DNA of 10,967 nt from Chthoniobacteraceae bacterium (GTDB taxonomy: Bacteria > Verrucomicrobiota > Verrucomicrobiia > Chthoniobacterales > Chthoniobacteraceae), in the NCBI GenBank assembly GCA_031409655.1, contig JANNXQ010000275.1, positions 1-10,967 on the forward strand, written 5' to 3'. A model generated the notes under the pieces. The model searched no databases and was not told the origin of the DNA. It was given only the letters and a program-made list of their open reading frames with translations. Below, one piece after another: positions 1-8,430 of this stretch (positions are counted from its first letter, which is position 1; every line of letters begins with the position of its first letter). Both the position numbers and the translations under genes were made by a program.

Positions 1-984
1 GGCGGTCGGCAAGGGATCGAGCAGCGGCGCGGGCTGAGCGACTTGGTTCCCCCGGGCCACGAGATCATCGATAAAGATGTCCATTTGCTGGCCGACAAAG
101 AGGGACAAGGACTCTTCCGCGATCTCGTAGATCACCTGGAGCACCCGCGTATCCACGCGCTCGGTGCTGTCGCCGGAGAGCGAGCGCTTGGGCACGACCA
201 TCGGTTCGACCCGGACAAACTTCAGCGGCGCTTGCAGATCCGCATTGCCCCGCACGTGGGCCGTCGCGGCGGCGGCGGGTCGCAACCGCCAGGCCTCGTG
301 TTCATCCACATCCACCCGCACATGCATCGGCCGGAGTTTGCCGATCACGAGCATTGGCTGCGTGGTCTGGCCAGCGGGCGCAAATTCCCCAACGCGTACC
401 TTGAGTTGCAGCACCTCGGCATCCATGGGCGAGCGGATCACGCTGCGCTCGATCTCCGTCTCCGTGGCCTTGATCCCCGCCTGCGCGGAAGCGACTTCCG
501 CCTTGGCTTCGCCCAACCGGGCATCGGCAGCCTGGAGCGCGAACTTTCGCCGCATCAACTCATCCGTACTGATCACACTGCCGCCGCCGAGCTTCTGCGC
601 GCGATCGAGTTGATCCACAGCATCGGAGCGCACCGTCAGCGCGGTCTGCACTTTGGCATTGGCGGACTCGAGCGTCGCTTGCCGCACCGCGAGCGCCGCC
701 AGGTGATGCCGCGCATCGAGTTGAAAAAGCGGATCCCCTTGCTTCACCGACTCGCCGACCTGGACCAGCACCTTTTCCACCACGCCATCGAGCGCGGTGC
801 CGATCGCGACCGCCTCGGAGTTTGGCTCCAGGATGCCCACGGCGGCGATGGTGTGACTGAAGACCGACGCAGGGGGTGGCGAAGGTGGGTCGGACTTTAA
901 GAAAGTCGGCTTATTACGAACCATCGAAATCGACGCGTAAACGACGGCAACGATGGCGATCAGTGGCAGGATAAGGCGCTTCAT
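1..984 (-). CDS. HlyD/DevB-family efflux periplasmic adaptor (membrane fusion protein), 3' end outside the window
   Basis: Manual translation from ATG 982-984: MKRLILPLIAIVAVVYASISMVRNKP...IAAVGILEPNSEAVAIGTALDGVVEKVLVQVGESVKQGDPLFQLDAR...IRSPMDAEVLQLKVRVGEF...VEPMVVPKRSLSGDSTERVDTRVLQVIY...VGQQMDIFID. It has an N-terminal hydrophobic anchor, both lipoyl half-motifs and an Ala-rich helical hairpin. The frame is open to position 1, so it is absent from the ORF track. It starts 10 nt after the ABC ATPase stop. Confidence 0.9.
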   Translation of the reverse strand, partial: MKRLILPLIAIVAVVYASISMVRNKPTFLKSDPPSPPPASVFSHTIAAVGILEPNSEAVAIGTALDGVVEKVLVQVGESVKQGDPLFQLDARHHLAALAVRQATLESANAKVQTALTVRSDAVDQLDRAQKLGGGSVISTDELMRRKFALQAADARLGEAKAEVASAQAGIKATETEIERSVIRSPMDAEVLQLKVRVGEFAPAGQTTQPMLVIGKLRPMHVRVDVDEHEAWRLRPAAAATAHVRGNADLQAPLKFVRVEPMVVPKRSLSGDSTERVDTRVLQVIYEIAEESLSLFVGQQMDIFIDDLVARGNQVAQPAPLLDPLPTA

Positions 985-994
985 GGCGGGCAGG

Positions 995-1705
995 TTACTG
1001 GAAAGAAGCGAGCGGGATGTGTGCCCCCGTCTCGACATGCACAATGGCTCCATCGTCCATATGCGCAATGGTGTTGGCAAAATGGTACACCCGGCTGTCG
1101 TGCGTGACCACGATCACCGCGCGATCCGCCTGCACGGCGGCGAGGGCCAGCAGATCCATCACGGATTCGCCCGTGGCGTGATCGAGCGCGGCGGTCGGTT
1201 CGTCGCAGATGATGAGCCGCGGTTCATGGACCATGGCTCGCGCGAGGGCCACCCGCTGCTGCTGGCCACCGGAAAGCTTGTTGGGATACACGTCCGCCTT
1301 TGCCTCGATCCCGAGCTTCACGAACAACGCCCGGGCACGGTCCACGGCCTGGCGGCGCGACACGCCCGCGGCCAGCAGCGGCACGGCGGCATTTTCCGCG
1401 GCGGTCAGCGACGGGAGCAAATTGTACTGCTGAAAGACGAAGCCGAGGTTTCGCCGGCGGAAGAGAATCTTCTCCCGACTCTTGAGCGTCGCGATGGGCT
1501 GCCCAAAGAGTTGCACCGCGCCTTCATCCGCATCGAGCAAGCCAGCGATCACCGAGATCAGCGTCGTCTTGCCGCACCCGCTCTGGCCGACGAGAAAGGT
1601 GAGCTCACCGAGTTCCGCCGTGAAGTCCACGCCGCGCAACACTTCGATCCGGGTATCGCCCTCGCCAAAGGATTTGCGGATCTGCTGGCAATCGACGGCT
1701 TTCAT
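995..1705 (-). CDS. ABC exporter ATP-binding protein (DevA/LolD/MacB-like)
   Basis: Walker A GQSGCGKT, LGFVFQQYNL, signature LSGGQQQRV, Walker B LIICDEPT, H-loop VVTHD. The start overlaps the permease stop (TGATG). Confidence 0.95.
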   Translation of the reverse strand: MKAVDCQQIRKSFGEGDTRIEVLRGVDFTAELGELTFLVGQSGCGKTTLISVIAGLLDADEGAVQLFGQPIATLKSREKILFRRRNLGFVFQQYNLLPSLTAAENAAVPLLAAGVSRRQAVDRARALFVKLGIEAKADVYPNKLSGGQQQRVALARAMVHEPRLIICDEPTAALDHATGESVMDLLALAAVQADRAVIVVTHDSRVYHFANTIAHMDDGAIVHVETGAHIPLASFQ

Positions 1706-2841
1706 CAGCGGAAGACCGCCGCGGGCTCGAGCACCAGCACGCGGCGGATGCTCAGCAGGCTGGAGAAAATGATGACCCCGAAGATCGCCACCGCGGTGAT
1801 GGCCACATTGTACCAGGGCAGGATCATCCCGCGGGTCGCAACTTCGCGGGCGGTGATTTCAAAGAAGACCGCCGCGAGCCCGGTGCCGATGGAAAAGCCG
1901 ATCGCGCCAGCGGTGAGCGCCTGGAGGAGGATCATTCCGACGAGCCGCATATTCGTCACCCCGATGGCTTTGAGCGCGCCAAACTGCTTTAGATTTTCAA
2001 CCGTGAAGAGGTAGAAAGTCTGCCCGGCCACGACCGCACCGACGATCAGGGCGATGGCGATGGTGATGCCGAAGTTCACCGGGATGCCCGTATTCTCGAG
2101 GTAGAACATCACGCAGTCCCAACGGAACTCATCCGTCGTGCGGGCCCGGAGTCGAGTGCTCTCCTCGATGCGTTTCGTCAGTTCTTTGGGCGTGACGCCG
2201 GGCTTCGGCCGGGCGACCACGTAGGACATCTGGCTCCGCTCCGTCCCCTGAAATTTCACCGCCTCGGTATAGCGCGCGTGGATGATCGGGAAGCTGACGA
2301 AAGCCGCCGAGGCATCCGAGATTCCCACGATGCGCACCTGCCGGTCATTCATCTCCAGCGTCCGCCCGAGTTCCAATTTCTCATTCGGAAAAAGCAGCAT
2401 GTAGCCGGCTTTGTCGATGACGATGGACTGCGGCTCGCGCAACCGCGACCAGTGCCCGAGTTCCATCTTCCGCGGCACCCCCACGAGCGTGGCATCGTCC
2501 AGACCGAGCACGAGGCATTGGTAGAAATTCCCCGTCTTCGTCCGCGCGACCGGCAGCCCCTTGAACATCCGCACTGCCCACTGCACGCCTTCCACGCCCC
2601 GCACCCGGATCAGATCGGTGTCCTTGAGCGGTTTCGTTTCGTCGAAATACTTCGTCTGCGGATCCATCACCCAGACTTCCGCATCGGTGACATCAGCGAT
2701 CTGATTCCCCGTGCGCAGCATGATGCCCGCGAAGATCGAAGTCTGATTTTCGAGGAGGAAAGTGGAGAACGCGATGGCGAAGACCAGGCCGAGATATTTG
2801 GCCCGGTCGCCGGTCAGCATTCGTAGGGCGACAAAATTCAT
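1705..2841 (-). CDS. ABC exporter permease (DevC/FtsX-MacB type)
   Basis: N-terminal TM helix, large periplasmic domain and three C-terminal TM helices with ENLKQFGALKAIG. Ends LEPAAVFR. Translationally coupled to the ATPase. Confidence 0.92.
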   Translation of the reverse strand: MNFVALRMLTGDRAKYLGLVFAIAFSTFLLENQTSIFAGIMLRTGNQIADVTDAEVWVMDPQTKYFDETKPLKDTDLIRVRGVEGVQWAVRMFKGLPVARTKTGNFYQCLVLGLDDATLVGVPRKMELGHWSRLREPQSIVIDKAGYMLLFPNEKLELGRTLEMNDRQVRIVGISDASAAFVSFPIIHARYTEAVKFQGTERSQMSYVVARPKPGVTPKELTKRIEESTRLRARTTDEFRWDCVMFYLENTGIPVNFGITIAIALIVGAVVAGQTFYLFTVENLKQFGALKAIGVTNMRLVGMILLQALTAGAIGFSIGTGLAAVFFEITAREVATRGMILPWYNVAITAVAIFGVIIFSSLLSIRRVLVLEPAAVFR

Positions 2842-2964
2842 GCCTTTGAAATGCTTAGCAGATGCGACGCCACGGGCGGCGGCGCGACCGCACGGGCGGC
2901 GGTGGGGTGCGGCATTCAGCAGGAAACGGCATGGCTGATGAGACGTGAAACGTCCGAGGCGTCA

Positions 2965-2992
2965 ACCGCGATGTGCCCGGGACACTCGCGGT
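2965..2992 (-). other. Stem-loop just downstream of the methyltransferase stop (possible terminator or RNA-stability hairpin)
   Basis: ACCGCGA (2965-2971) pairs with TCGCGGT (2986-2992), with inner GTG/CAC pairing. It lies ~10 nt after the stop at 3002. There is no U-tract, so it is not a classical intrinsic terminator. Confidence 0.3.
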
Positions 2993-3001
2993 CGCGGGAT
3001 T

Positions 3002-3856
3002 TTACCCGACCTCTCGAAATTGCCGATGCGCGTTCAGGGCGGCCCAATCCGCGGTGTTGATCGGGCGACCTTCAGCATCTGCCGCGCGCGGGGGAGCGCC
3101 GCGGGTGGAGCGACCGACACGGGCGAGCCAATCCTTCGCGAGCGGCAGTTCCAGGAGGTCGAGTCGGGTGGCCGCAATCGTGGTTTGATCTTTTTCGCCG
3201 GTCGCTCCGCCGAGTCCGACGAAAAATCCGGCGAGCATCAGCGACACCCGGAGGGCCGTGGAGCGCGTATAACTTGTAACCATGCAACCCGATTCCGCCG
3301 TCAACTGCGCCCTCAGGGCGGTGAAGTGTTCCAGCGTCCACAACTCGGGATTTGTCCGTGCGGAATATGGATCGTAAAATACCGCGTGTGGCGGAGGTGC
3401 ATCCGCGAGGCGTTCCCGGAAGTCGCCGAGCAGCACCTTCCAACTCCGGAGACCGCCGTGGCTTTTCCACTCGCCAGCGGAAAGGAGCGAGGCGATTGGC
3501 TTCTGCCAGGGAACTACGTAGCCGAGTTCCCCGGCGTGGGCTTGGGCAAAGGCGAGGGGTGCGAGGGTCAGATCGAAGCTGTAAATCTCGATCCGTCCCG
3601 GAGCCCCGCTCAGCGCCTCGAGCGCTGCGATCGTGTTCGCACCCGCGCCCAGCCCGACGTCCCAAATCACAAACGCGCCATCGTGTTTGGCCGTCCGTTC
3701 CACGAGCCGCTGACCTTGGGCATGGAGCGCGTTCGCTTCGGCCATTGGCCCCACCACGGGGTGAAAGGTCTCGCCGCAAGCCAGGGACCGCAGGCTGCGA
3801 TCTCCGGATTGCACCGTCACCAATTCGTAGCCGGGATCGTCGTTGCTGGAAGTCAC
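3002..3856 (-). CDS. MnmC/MnmD-family SAM-dependent methyltransferase (stand-alone methyltransferase domain)
   Basis: ETFHP motif, SAM-binding IWDVGLGAGAN, IYSFD, LLGDF, FYDPYSARTNPELWT (compare MnmC xDxFxPxxNPxxW), SYT...LRVSLMLAGF. No FAD oxidase domain. GTG start is uncertain. Confidence 0.75.
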   Translation of the reverse strand: MTSSNDDPGYELVTVQSGDRSLRSLACGETFHPVVGPMAEANALHAQGQRLVERTAKHDGAFVIWDVGLGAGANTIAALEALSGAPGRIEIYSFDLTLAPLAFAQAHAGELGYVVPWQKPIASLLSAGEWKSHGGLRSWKVLLGDFRERLADAPPPHAVFYDPYSARTNPELWTLEHFTALRAQLTAESGCMVTSYTRSTALRVSLMLAGFFVGLGGATGEKDQTTIAATRLDLLELPLAKDWLARVGRSTRGAPPRAADAEGRPINTADWAALNAHRQFREVG

Positions 3857-3941
3857 AGGGGACCGTAACGCGTCGTGACCGGCGGCGGCAACCTATGTGC
3901 TATCAATCACCGTCTTATTCGTGAAAAATATCGCCGCCAAA

Positions 3942-4553
3942 ATGATCACGCTCCCGCGCATCGCCCCCGTCATGGTGCTGCCCAATGCGTTGCTTTTCCC
4001 GAATTCCCTGCTGCCGCTCTTTATCTTCGAGCCGCGCTATCGGGCCATGCTCCAGTGGGTGCTGCAGGAAGAGCGCGTCTTTTGCATCGCGCAGCCCAAG
4101 CCCGGGGTGAGCGAGCCGCAGACCGCGGACGACTTCCAGTCGACTGGCGGACTCGGGCTCGTGCGCGCCTGCGTCGGGCACGAAGACGGCACCGCACATC
4201 TCGTCCTGCAGGGACTGGCGCGCGTGCGCTTCACGGGCTTTGTGCAGGAGGAGCCCTTCCGCATCGCCGAACTCACCGAACTGCGCTCGGAGCCGTCGGA
4301 GGAAGTGGACGCCTACGCCCTGATCGCCAAGATTCTCCAACTCTGCGTGAAGCTTCGAGCCAAAGGCATGCAAGTGCCTGAGGCGTTCGACCAGCAACTG
4401 GCCCAGATCGACGATCCCGCGGTGCTCGCGGACGTGGTTGCCCACGCCTTCCTGCGCGTCGCAAAACATCGGCAGGCGATCTTCGACGAGCTGCGGGTCG
4501 GCGAGCGGTTGCAATTACTCATCCGGCTGCTCAACCGGGAGATGAAGGCCTAG
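3942..4553 (+). CDS. Lon protease N-terminal substrate-binding domain protein (no AAA+ or protease domain)
   Basis: PVMVLPNALLFPNSLLPLFIFEPRYRAM...GLVRACVGHEDGTAHLVLQGLARVR is the typical LON_substr_bdg pattern. ATG 3942 is preferred over the track start at 3897. Confidence 0.88.
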   Translation: MITLPRIAPVMVLPNALLFPNSLLPLFIFEPRYRAMLQWVLQEERVFCIAQPKPGVSEPQTADDFQSTGGLGLVRACVGHEDGTAHLVLQGLARVRFTGFVQEEPFRIAELTELRSEPSEEVDAYALIAKILQLCVKLRAKGMQVPEAFDQQLAQIDDPAVLADVVAHAFLRVAKHRQAIFDELRVGERLQLLIRLLNREMKA

Positions 4554-4554
4554 T

Positions 4555-6111
4555 TTACGGCGTCGGCTTTGGTTTGGTGGTCAGCTCGAAGTCATCCGTG
4601 CGGAAGGGAGTGACGGGCAAACCCTGCATCGTCGTGAGATTGCAGACGGGATTGTCCGCCCACGCGTAGCGCACCGCGATGGGGTTCGCGACGGCGGCGC
4701 TCCAGACTTCGACCTTATCGTTTCCGCGCACTTCCCCATTCGCGTTGTGCCAGACTTTGTCCTCGCCGCAGACGGCAAAACCGCGCGCTTCTTTGACCTC
4801 GAAAGGCCGCAGTTTATCGCCAAAACAATCGAGCGTGAGGAGTGCTTTTGGGCCGTTGATCGCCATGCTTTTGAACTCGGGGCTGCGATACGAAAACTTG
4901 AGTCCGTAGTCTTTTACCAAGGCCCAGCGGACCAGCCGGGAGGCGACGGCGTATTTGTTTTTTGGGTGGATGTCTTTGCCCTCGCCCACGTCGATGATCA
5001 CGGCCTGGCCGGTGTTGGGCAGCTTCATCGTGCGGGTCTGGGCCTCGCGGAGTTCCGCCCACGCGCTCTCGCCGGGCTCGGATTTCTCCGGCAAAAAGTC
5101 GGCGAGCTGCACCCAGTAGAAAGGGAAGTCGCCCTGCTGCCATTCCTTGCGCCATTGCTCGATCATGAAAGGAAAGAGTTCGCGATACTCGTGCGCGCGA
5201 CTGGCGTTGCTCTCGCCTTGGTACCAGATCACGCCCTTCATCCCGTAGCCGAGTGTGGGATGCACCACGCCCGCGAAAATGTTGCCCGGTCGCTGATTGC
5301 CGGTGAGCCAGGCCTCCGGCGATTGCGGCGCGCGCGGCACGGGCTTGCCTTCGGCTTTCGCCTTCTCGGTGGCGATCTTCCACTTTGCGACGGCGGCTTC
5401 GTGGTCGGTCTGCGCTTTTTCCGCCTGCAGTTCCGCTTCGCGTTTGGTGGTGTTTTCCAGGAGCAGCGCAAACCGTGGGTCCTGCTCGATCGTCCCGCGC
5501 CGCACCCAGGCCTCGGCCGCGCTTCCGCCCCAGGAATTGTCGATGAGCCCCACCGGCACGCCAAGGATTTCGTGAAGATAGCGCCCAAAGAAAAAGCCGA
5601 CCGCGCTGAAGAGTTTTGCACTTTCCGCGGACGACGCCTGCCATCCGCCCTGAAAGTCATTCTGCAATTCCTGCGTGCCCACGCGCGGCACTTTGATGAG
5701 CCGGAGGTTCGGGAGCTTCGAGGCAGCGGCTTCGAGATCGCCATTCCAATCGCCGCCCAGCATGAAGCCCATGTTTGATTGGCCCGAGCACATCCAGACT
5801 TCGCCCACGAGCACGTCCTGGATTTCCCTGGTCTGCGAGCCGGCGATCTTGAGCACTCGCGGCTCGGCGCTGACCGATACTGGATCGAGCTTCACCGTCC
5901 AGCGGCCATCAGCGCCGGCTTCGGCGGTCTTTGTCTGGCCGGCGAAAGTAACCGTGACTTTCGTCCCGGGCGCGTCCCAGCCCCAGACCGGATTGGCCTG
6001 CTGTTGCTGGAGGACCATGTGGTCATTGAAGATCGCGGGAATTTTCCATTCGGCGCGCAGCGTGGGTGCGGCGGTGAGGGCGATGAGGAGCAGGCGAGGG
6101 AGGATTTTCAT
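4555..6111 (-). CDS. Sialate O-acetylesterase-like SGNH hydrolase (SASA domain), secreted
   Basis: Signal peptide MKILPRLLLIALTAAPTLRA. Motifs: FNDHMVLQQ..PVWG, VGEVWMCSGQSNM (catalytic Ser), WGGS, IWYQGESN, VQLA, DIHPKNK (catalytic His), VRYAW..NP, GLPVTPFRTD. Confidence 0.92.
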   Translation of the reverse strand: MKILPRLLLIALTAAPTLRAEWKIPAIFNDHMVLQQQQANPVWGWDAPGTKVTVTFAGQTKTAEAGADGRWTVKLDPVSVSAEPRVLKIAGSQTREIQDVLVGEVWMCSGQSNMGFMLGGDWNGDLEAAASKLPNLRLIKVPRVGTQELQNDFQGGWQASSAESAKLFSAVGFFFGRYLHEILGVPVGLIDNSWGGSAAEAWVRRGTIEQDPRFALLLENTTKREAELQAEKAQTDHEAAVAKWKIATEKAKAEGKPVPRAPQSPEAWLTGNQRPGNIFAGVVHPTLGYGMKGVIWYQGESNASRAHEYRELFPFMIEQWRKEWQQGDFPFYWVQLADFLPEKSEPGESAWAELREAQTRTMKLPNTGQAVIIDVGEGKDIHPKNKYAVASRLVRWALVKDYGLKFSYRSPEFKSMAINGPKALLTLDCFGDKLRPFEVKEARGFAVCGEDKVWHNANGEVRGNDKVEVWSAAVANPIAVRYAWADNPVCNLTTMQGLPVTPFRTDDFELTTKPKPTP

Positions 6112-6177
6112 GGGTGAGGGGACGGGTGAAGAAACGCGCTGCGGTGTGCAGCGTATAAGCGGAAAGGTGAGGCGGGC

Positions 6178-7176
6178 TTAGCCCTCGAAACTCGCGAGCA
6201 GTTCCTCGCGAGTGCAGGTCGCAGTGCCCAGCTTGCCGACGACCACGCCGCTGGCGTGATTCGCGATCTCCGCCGCCTCGGGTGGAGTGGCTCCCGCACA
6301 GAGGGCCAGCGTGTAGAGCGCGATCACGGTGTCGCCCGCACCGCTCACGTCGAAGACTTTCAGCGCGCGAGTCGGCGCATGAAAGGGCGCGGCGTCTTTT
6401 TGAAAAAGGATCATGCCCTGTTCCCCGAGGGTGATGAGCAGTTGGTCGAAGTGCCAGCACTCGCCGAGGGTGCGACCGACGGCGACGAGCGCGGCATCTT
6501 CCGTCGGAGGATCGATCGGCTCGGAGGCCAGCGCGCCGGCGCTGGCAAAGGCTTCGGCGCGATTCGGCTTCATCACGGTGACCTGCTCCCAGCGCAGGGG
6601 GTTGTGCGGGTTCGGATCGACGGCGAGGATTTTCCCGGCGCGATTCGCGAGGGTGCAAAGCTGGGTCGCGAACTCCTGATCGAGCAGCCCCTTGCCGTAA
6701 TCCTCGATGATCAGCGCATCGAGATCCGGGAGCAGGGCCCCGATGCGCTCGAGGGCGCGCGCCGCGTGCTCGGGCGTGAGAGAGAGGCGGCGTTCGCGGT
6801 CAATGCGGACCACGTGCTGCTGCCGGGCAATGATCCGCGTTTTCACGATCGTCTGGTAGGCCGCGTCCTGCACGAGGGCGTCGAGTTGCACGCCTTCCTC
6901 GCGGAGCAACGTCTTCAAACGATCCGCAGGCACGTCCTGTCCGACGATGCCGAAGACGCCCGCGCCTTTCGTGAACTCGGCCAGATTGCGCGCCACATTC
7001 GCGGCGCCACCGGGGAAAAATTCCTCGCGAGCGACCTCGACCACCGGCACCGGAGCCTCGGGCGAAATGCGCGATACTTTCCCCCAGATGAATTCGTCGA
7101 GCATGATGTCCCCGACGACAAGGATGCGGGCCGTGGGGAAGCGCGAGACGATTTCGGTGAGGCGGAAAGGAGTCAT
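6178..7176 (-). CDS. rfaE1: D-glycero-beta-D-manno-heptose-7-phosphate kinase (HldA/RfaE1, PfkB family; kinase domain only)
   Basis: LVVGDIMLDEFIWGKVSRISPEAPVPVV, GGAANVARN, KTRIIA..QHVVRIDRE, DYGKG, KPNRAEA, DVSGAGDT, ANHASGVVVGKLGTA. ATG 7176 is preferred because 7212 overlaps the upstream gene. Confidence 0.93.
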   Translation of the reverse strand: MTPFRLTEIVSRFPTARILVVGDIMLDEFIWGKVSRISPEAPVPVVEVAREEFFPGGAANVARNLAEFTKGAGVFGIVGQDVPADRLKTLLREEGVQLDALVQDAAYQTIVKTRIIARQQHVVRIDRERRLSLTPEHAARALERIGALLPDLDALIIEDYGKGLLDQEFATQLCTLANRAGKILAVDPNPHNPLRWEQVTVMKPNRAEAFASAGALASEPIDPPTEDAALVAVGRTLGECWHFDQLLITLGEQGMILFQKDAAPFHAPTRALKVFDVSGAGDTVIALYTLALCAGATPPEAAEIANHASGVVVGKLGTATCTREELLASFEG

Positions 7177-7201
7177 GCGGGGGAATTTGGAACTTGGAAT
7201 T

Positions 7202-8146
7202 TCATCCTCCAAGTTCCTCCGTTACCGCCGCAAAGAGTAATGGGATCATGATCTCGTGATGGCCGACGATGTAGAAGCCCTGGCCGCCGAGGGCGGTCGG
7301 GCGGCGCTGCACATTTTCCGCGGGGCGATAGTGGCGGATCATGTCGAAGGTGGCGGTGGTGAAGCGCTCGACTTTGTGCCCGAGATTACGGGCGATGGTC
7401 AGCGCCTTGAGGAACACTTCCGGCATGATCACGGTCGAGCCAATGTTGATCACCACGCCGCCTTCGAGCTGGGCGCACACGGAGGCGAAGGTCTGGAAGT
7501 CGCGATAGGTCGCTTCGCCGAGCACCGCGCCGTCGGTGGTCGGGTGCTGATGAATGATGTCCGTGCCGATGGCGATGTGGATGGTGACGGGCACGTCGAG
7601 TTCGGCCGCGGTGGCGAGGAGGGAGAGACGGGTGTTTGGCTGCTCGGCAGCCACGAGGGCATCGCCCAGCGCGCGCCCGGCACCGAGTCCCCGGGAGATG
7701 CCGGCGGCCAGGGCGGCATTCATCATCCGACCGGTTTCATCGGCCATCCCAAAGCTGCCGTCATTCAGGCCGCGCTGCACGTCTTCGCTGGTCTCGCCGT
7801 GGTAGCAGAGTTCGAAGTCGTGGATCGCGCCCGCGCCATTCATCGCGACGGCCGAAAGGAGGCCGCTCCGCAGCGCCTGCACGAAGATGGGATTCAGCCC
7901 GACCTTGATGGAGTGCGCGCCCATCATCAGCACCACCGGACGCTTCTCCCGCACCGCTGCGGCCACCGCGCGCACGGTCTTTTTGAAATCCTGCACCGCG
8001 AGGAAGTCCGGCAACTGCGCGAGGAAATCGCGGAAGCTTTGTCCTGCTTCGTGCGGCTTGGCGAACGCCTCAAGTGCGACCTTGTTGGCCCGTTCCGCGA
8101 CGGAAAAGGTGCGGATTTTGGCAAAATCCAGCGGCTCAAATTTCAT
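7202..8146 (-). CDS. Conserved uncharacterised protein, deoxyhypusine-synthase-like (DHS-like) fold
   Basis: MGAHSIKVGL, AMNGAGAIHDFE, TSEDV..L.DGSFGMA.ETG, SLLATA..LDVPVTIHIAIGTDIIHQHP, GGVVINIGS.VIMPEVFLKAL, HYRP..NV..RP, GHHEIMIPLL. The 66 codons upstream of ATG 8146 look non-coding, and a TTGACA box lies just upstream. The family assignment is from recall, not from a search. Confidence 0.7.
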   Translation of the reverse strand: MKFEPLDFAKIRTFSVAERANKVALEAFAKPHEAGQSFRDFLAQLPDFLAVQDFKKTVRAVAAAVREKRPVVLMMGAHSIKVGLNPIFVQALRSGLLSAVAMNGAGAIHDFELCYHGETSEDVQRGLNDGSFGMADETGRMMNAALAAGISRGLGAGRALGDALVAAEQPNTRLSLLATAAELDVPVTIHIAIGTDIIHQHPTTDGAVLGEATYRDFQTFASVCAQLEGGVVINIGSTVIMPEVFLKALTIARNLGHKVERFTTATFDMIRHYRPAENVQRRPTALGGQGFYIVGHHEIMIPLLFAAVTEELGG

Positions 8147-8152
8147 CGGCGG

Positions 8153-8182
8153 ATTGCGCAGGGAAAGGCGGAGGGGTGTCAA
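8153..8182 (-). promoter_or_regulatory. Candidate sigma70 promoter for the DHS-like/rfaE1 operon (near-leaderless)
   Basis: Perfect -35 TTGACA (8182-8177), 18-nt spacer and weak -10 CGCAAT (8158-8153, preceded by TG). The -10 ends 6 nt before ATG 8146. No Shine-Dalgarno. Confidence 0.35.
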
Positions 8183-8430
8183 TGTCCGATTCCGCCCGTT
8201 GTGCCCGGCACTCCGGCCGGACGTGCCGTCACCGGCGCCGACAGCGGCCAGGAGCTGGAAGCGGAGCACCGCGCGGATCCTCCTGGGAGCGCCGCCGTCC
8301 CGTGAGGCACCGTTACCCAAGCGCGCGGCGCCACTCATCAACAAGTGGGTGTGGAAGAGGCCCCGCGTGTTTTGTCCGCCTCCGCTCGCCGAGACCCCGG
8401 CACGATCGCCGCCGCCCCCCGCTCGGCGCG

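Noticed and set aside
2928..2970. Hammerhead-ribozyme-like string CTGATGA-GACGT-GAAAC-GTCCGAGGC-GTC on the plus strand
   Set aside because: The core boxes and a stem III with a GUC triplet can be drawn, but stem II is only 5 nt with a G-U closure, and stem I cannot pair next to the core (..ATGG versus AACC..). It is better explained as an operator-like palindrome. An Infernal hammerhead search would settle it.
43..8305. Long alternative-frame ORFs (e.g. 43..900, 953..2014, 2945..3868, 4747..5778, 6256..7251, 7256..8305)
   Set aside because: These are antisense shadows of well-supported genes, expected in high-GC DNA, and carry no recognisable motifs.
8147..8344. 66-aa N-terminal extension of the DHS-like ORF
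   Set aside because: Low-complexity Gly/Arg/Ala sequence that contains the candidate promoter; ATG 8146 is more plausible.
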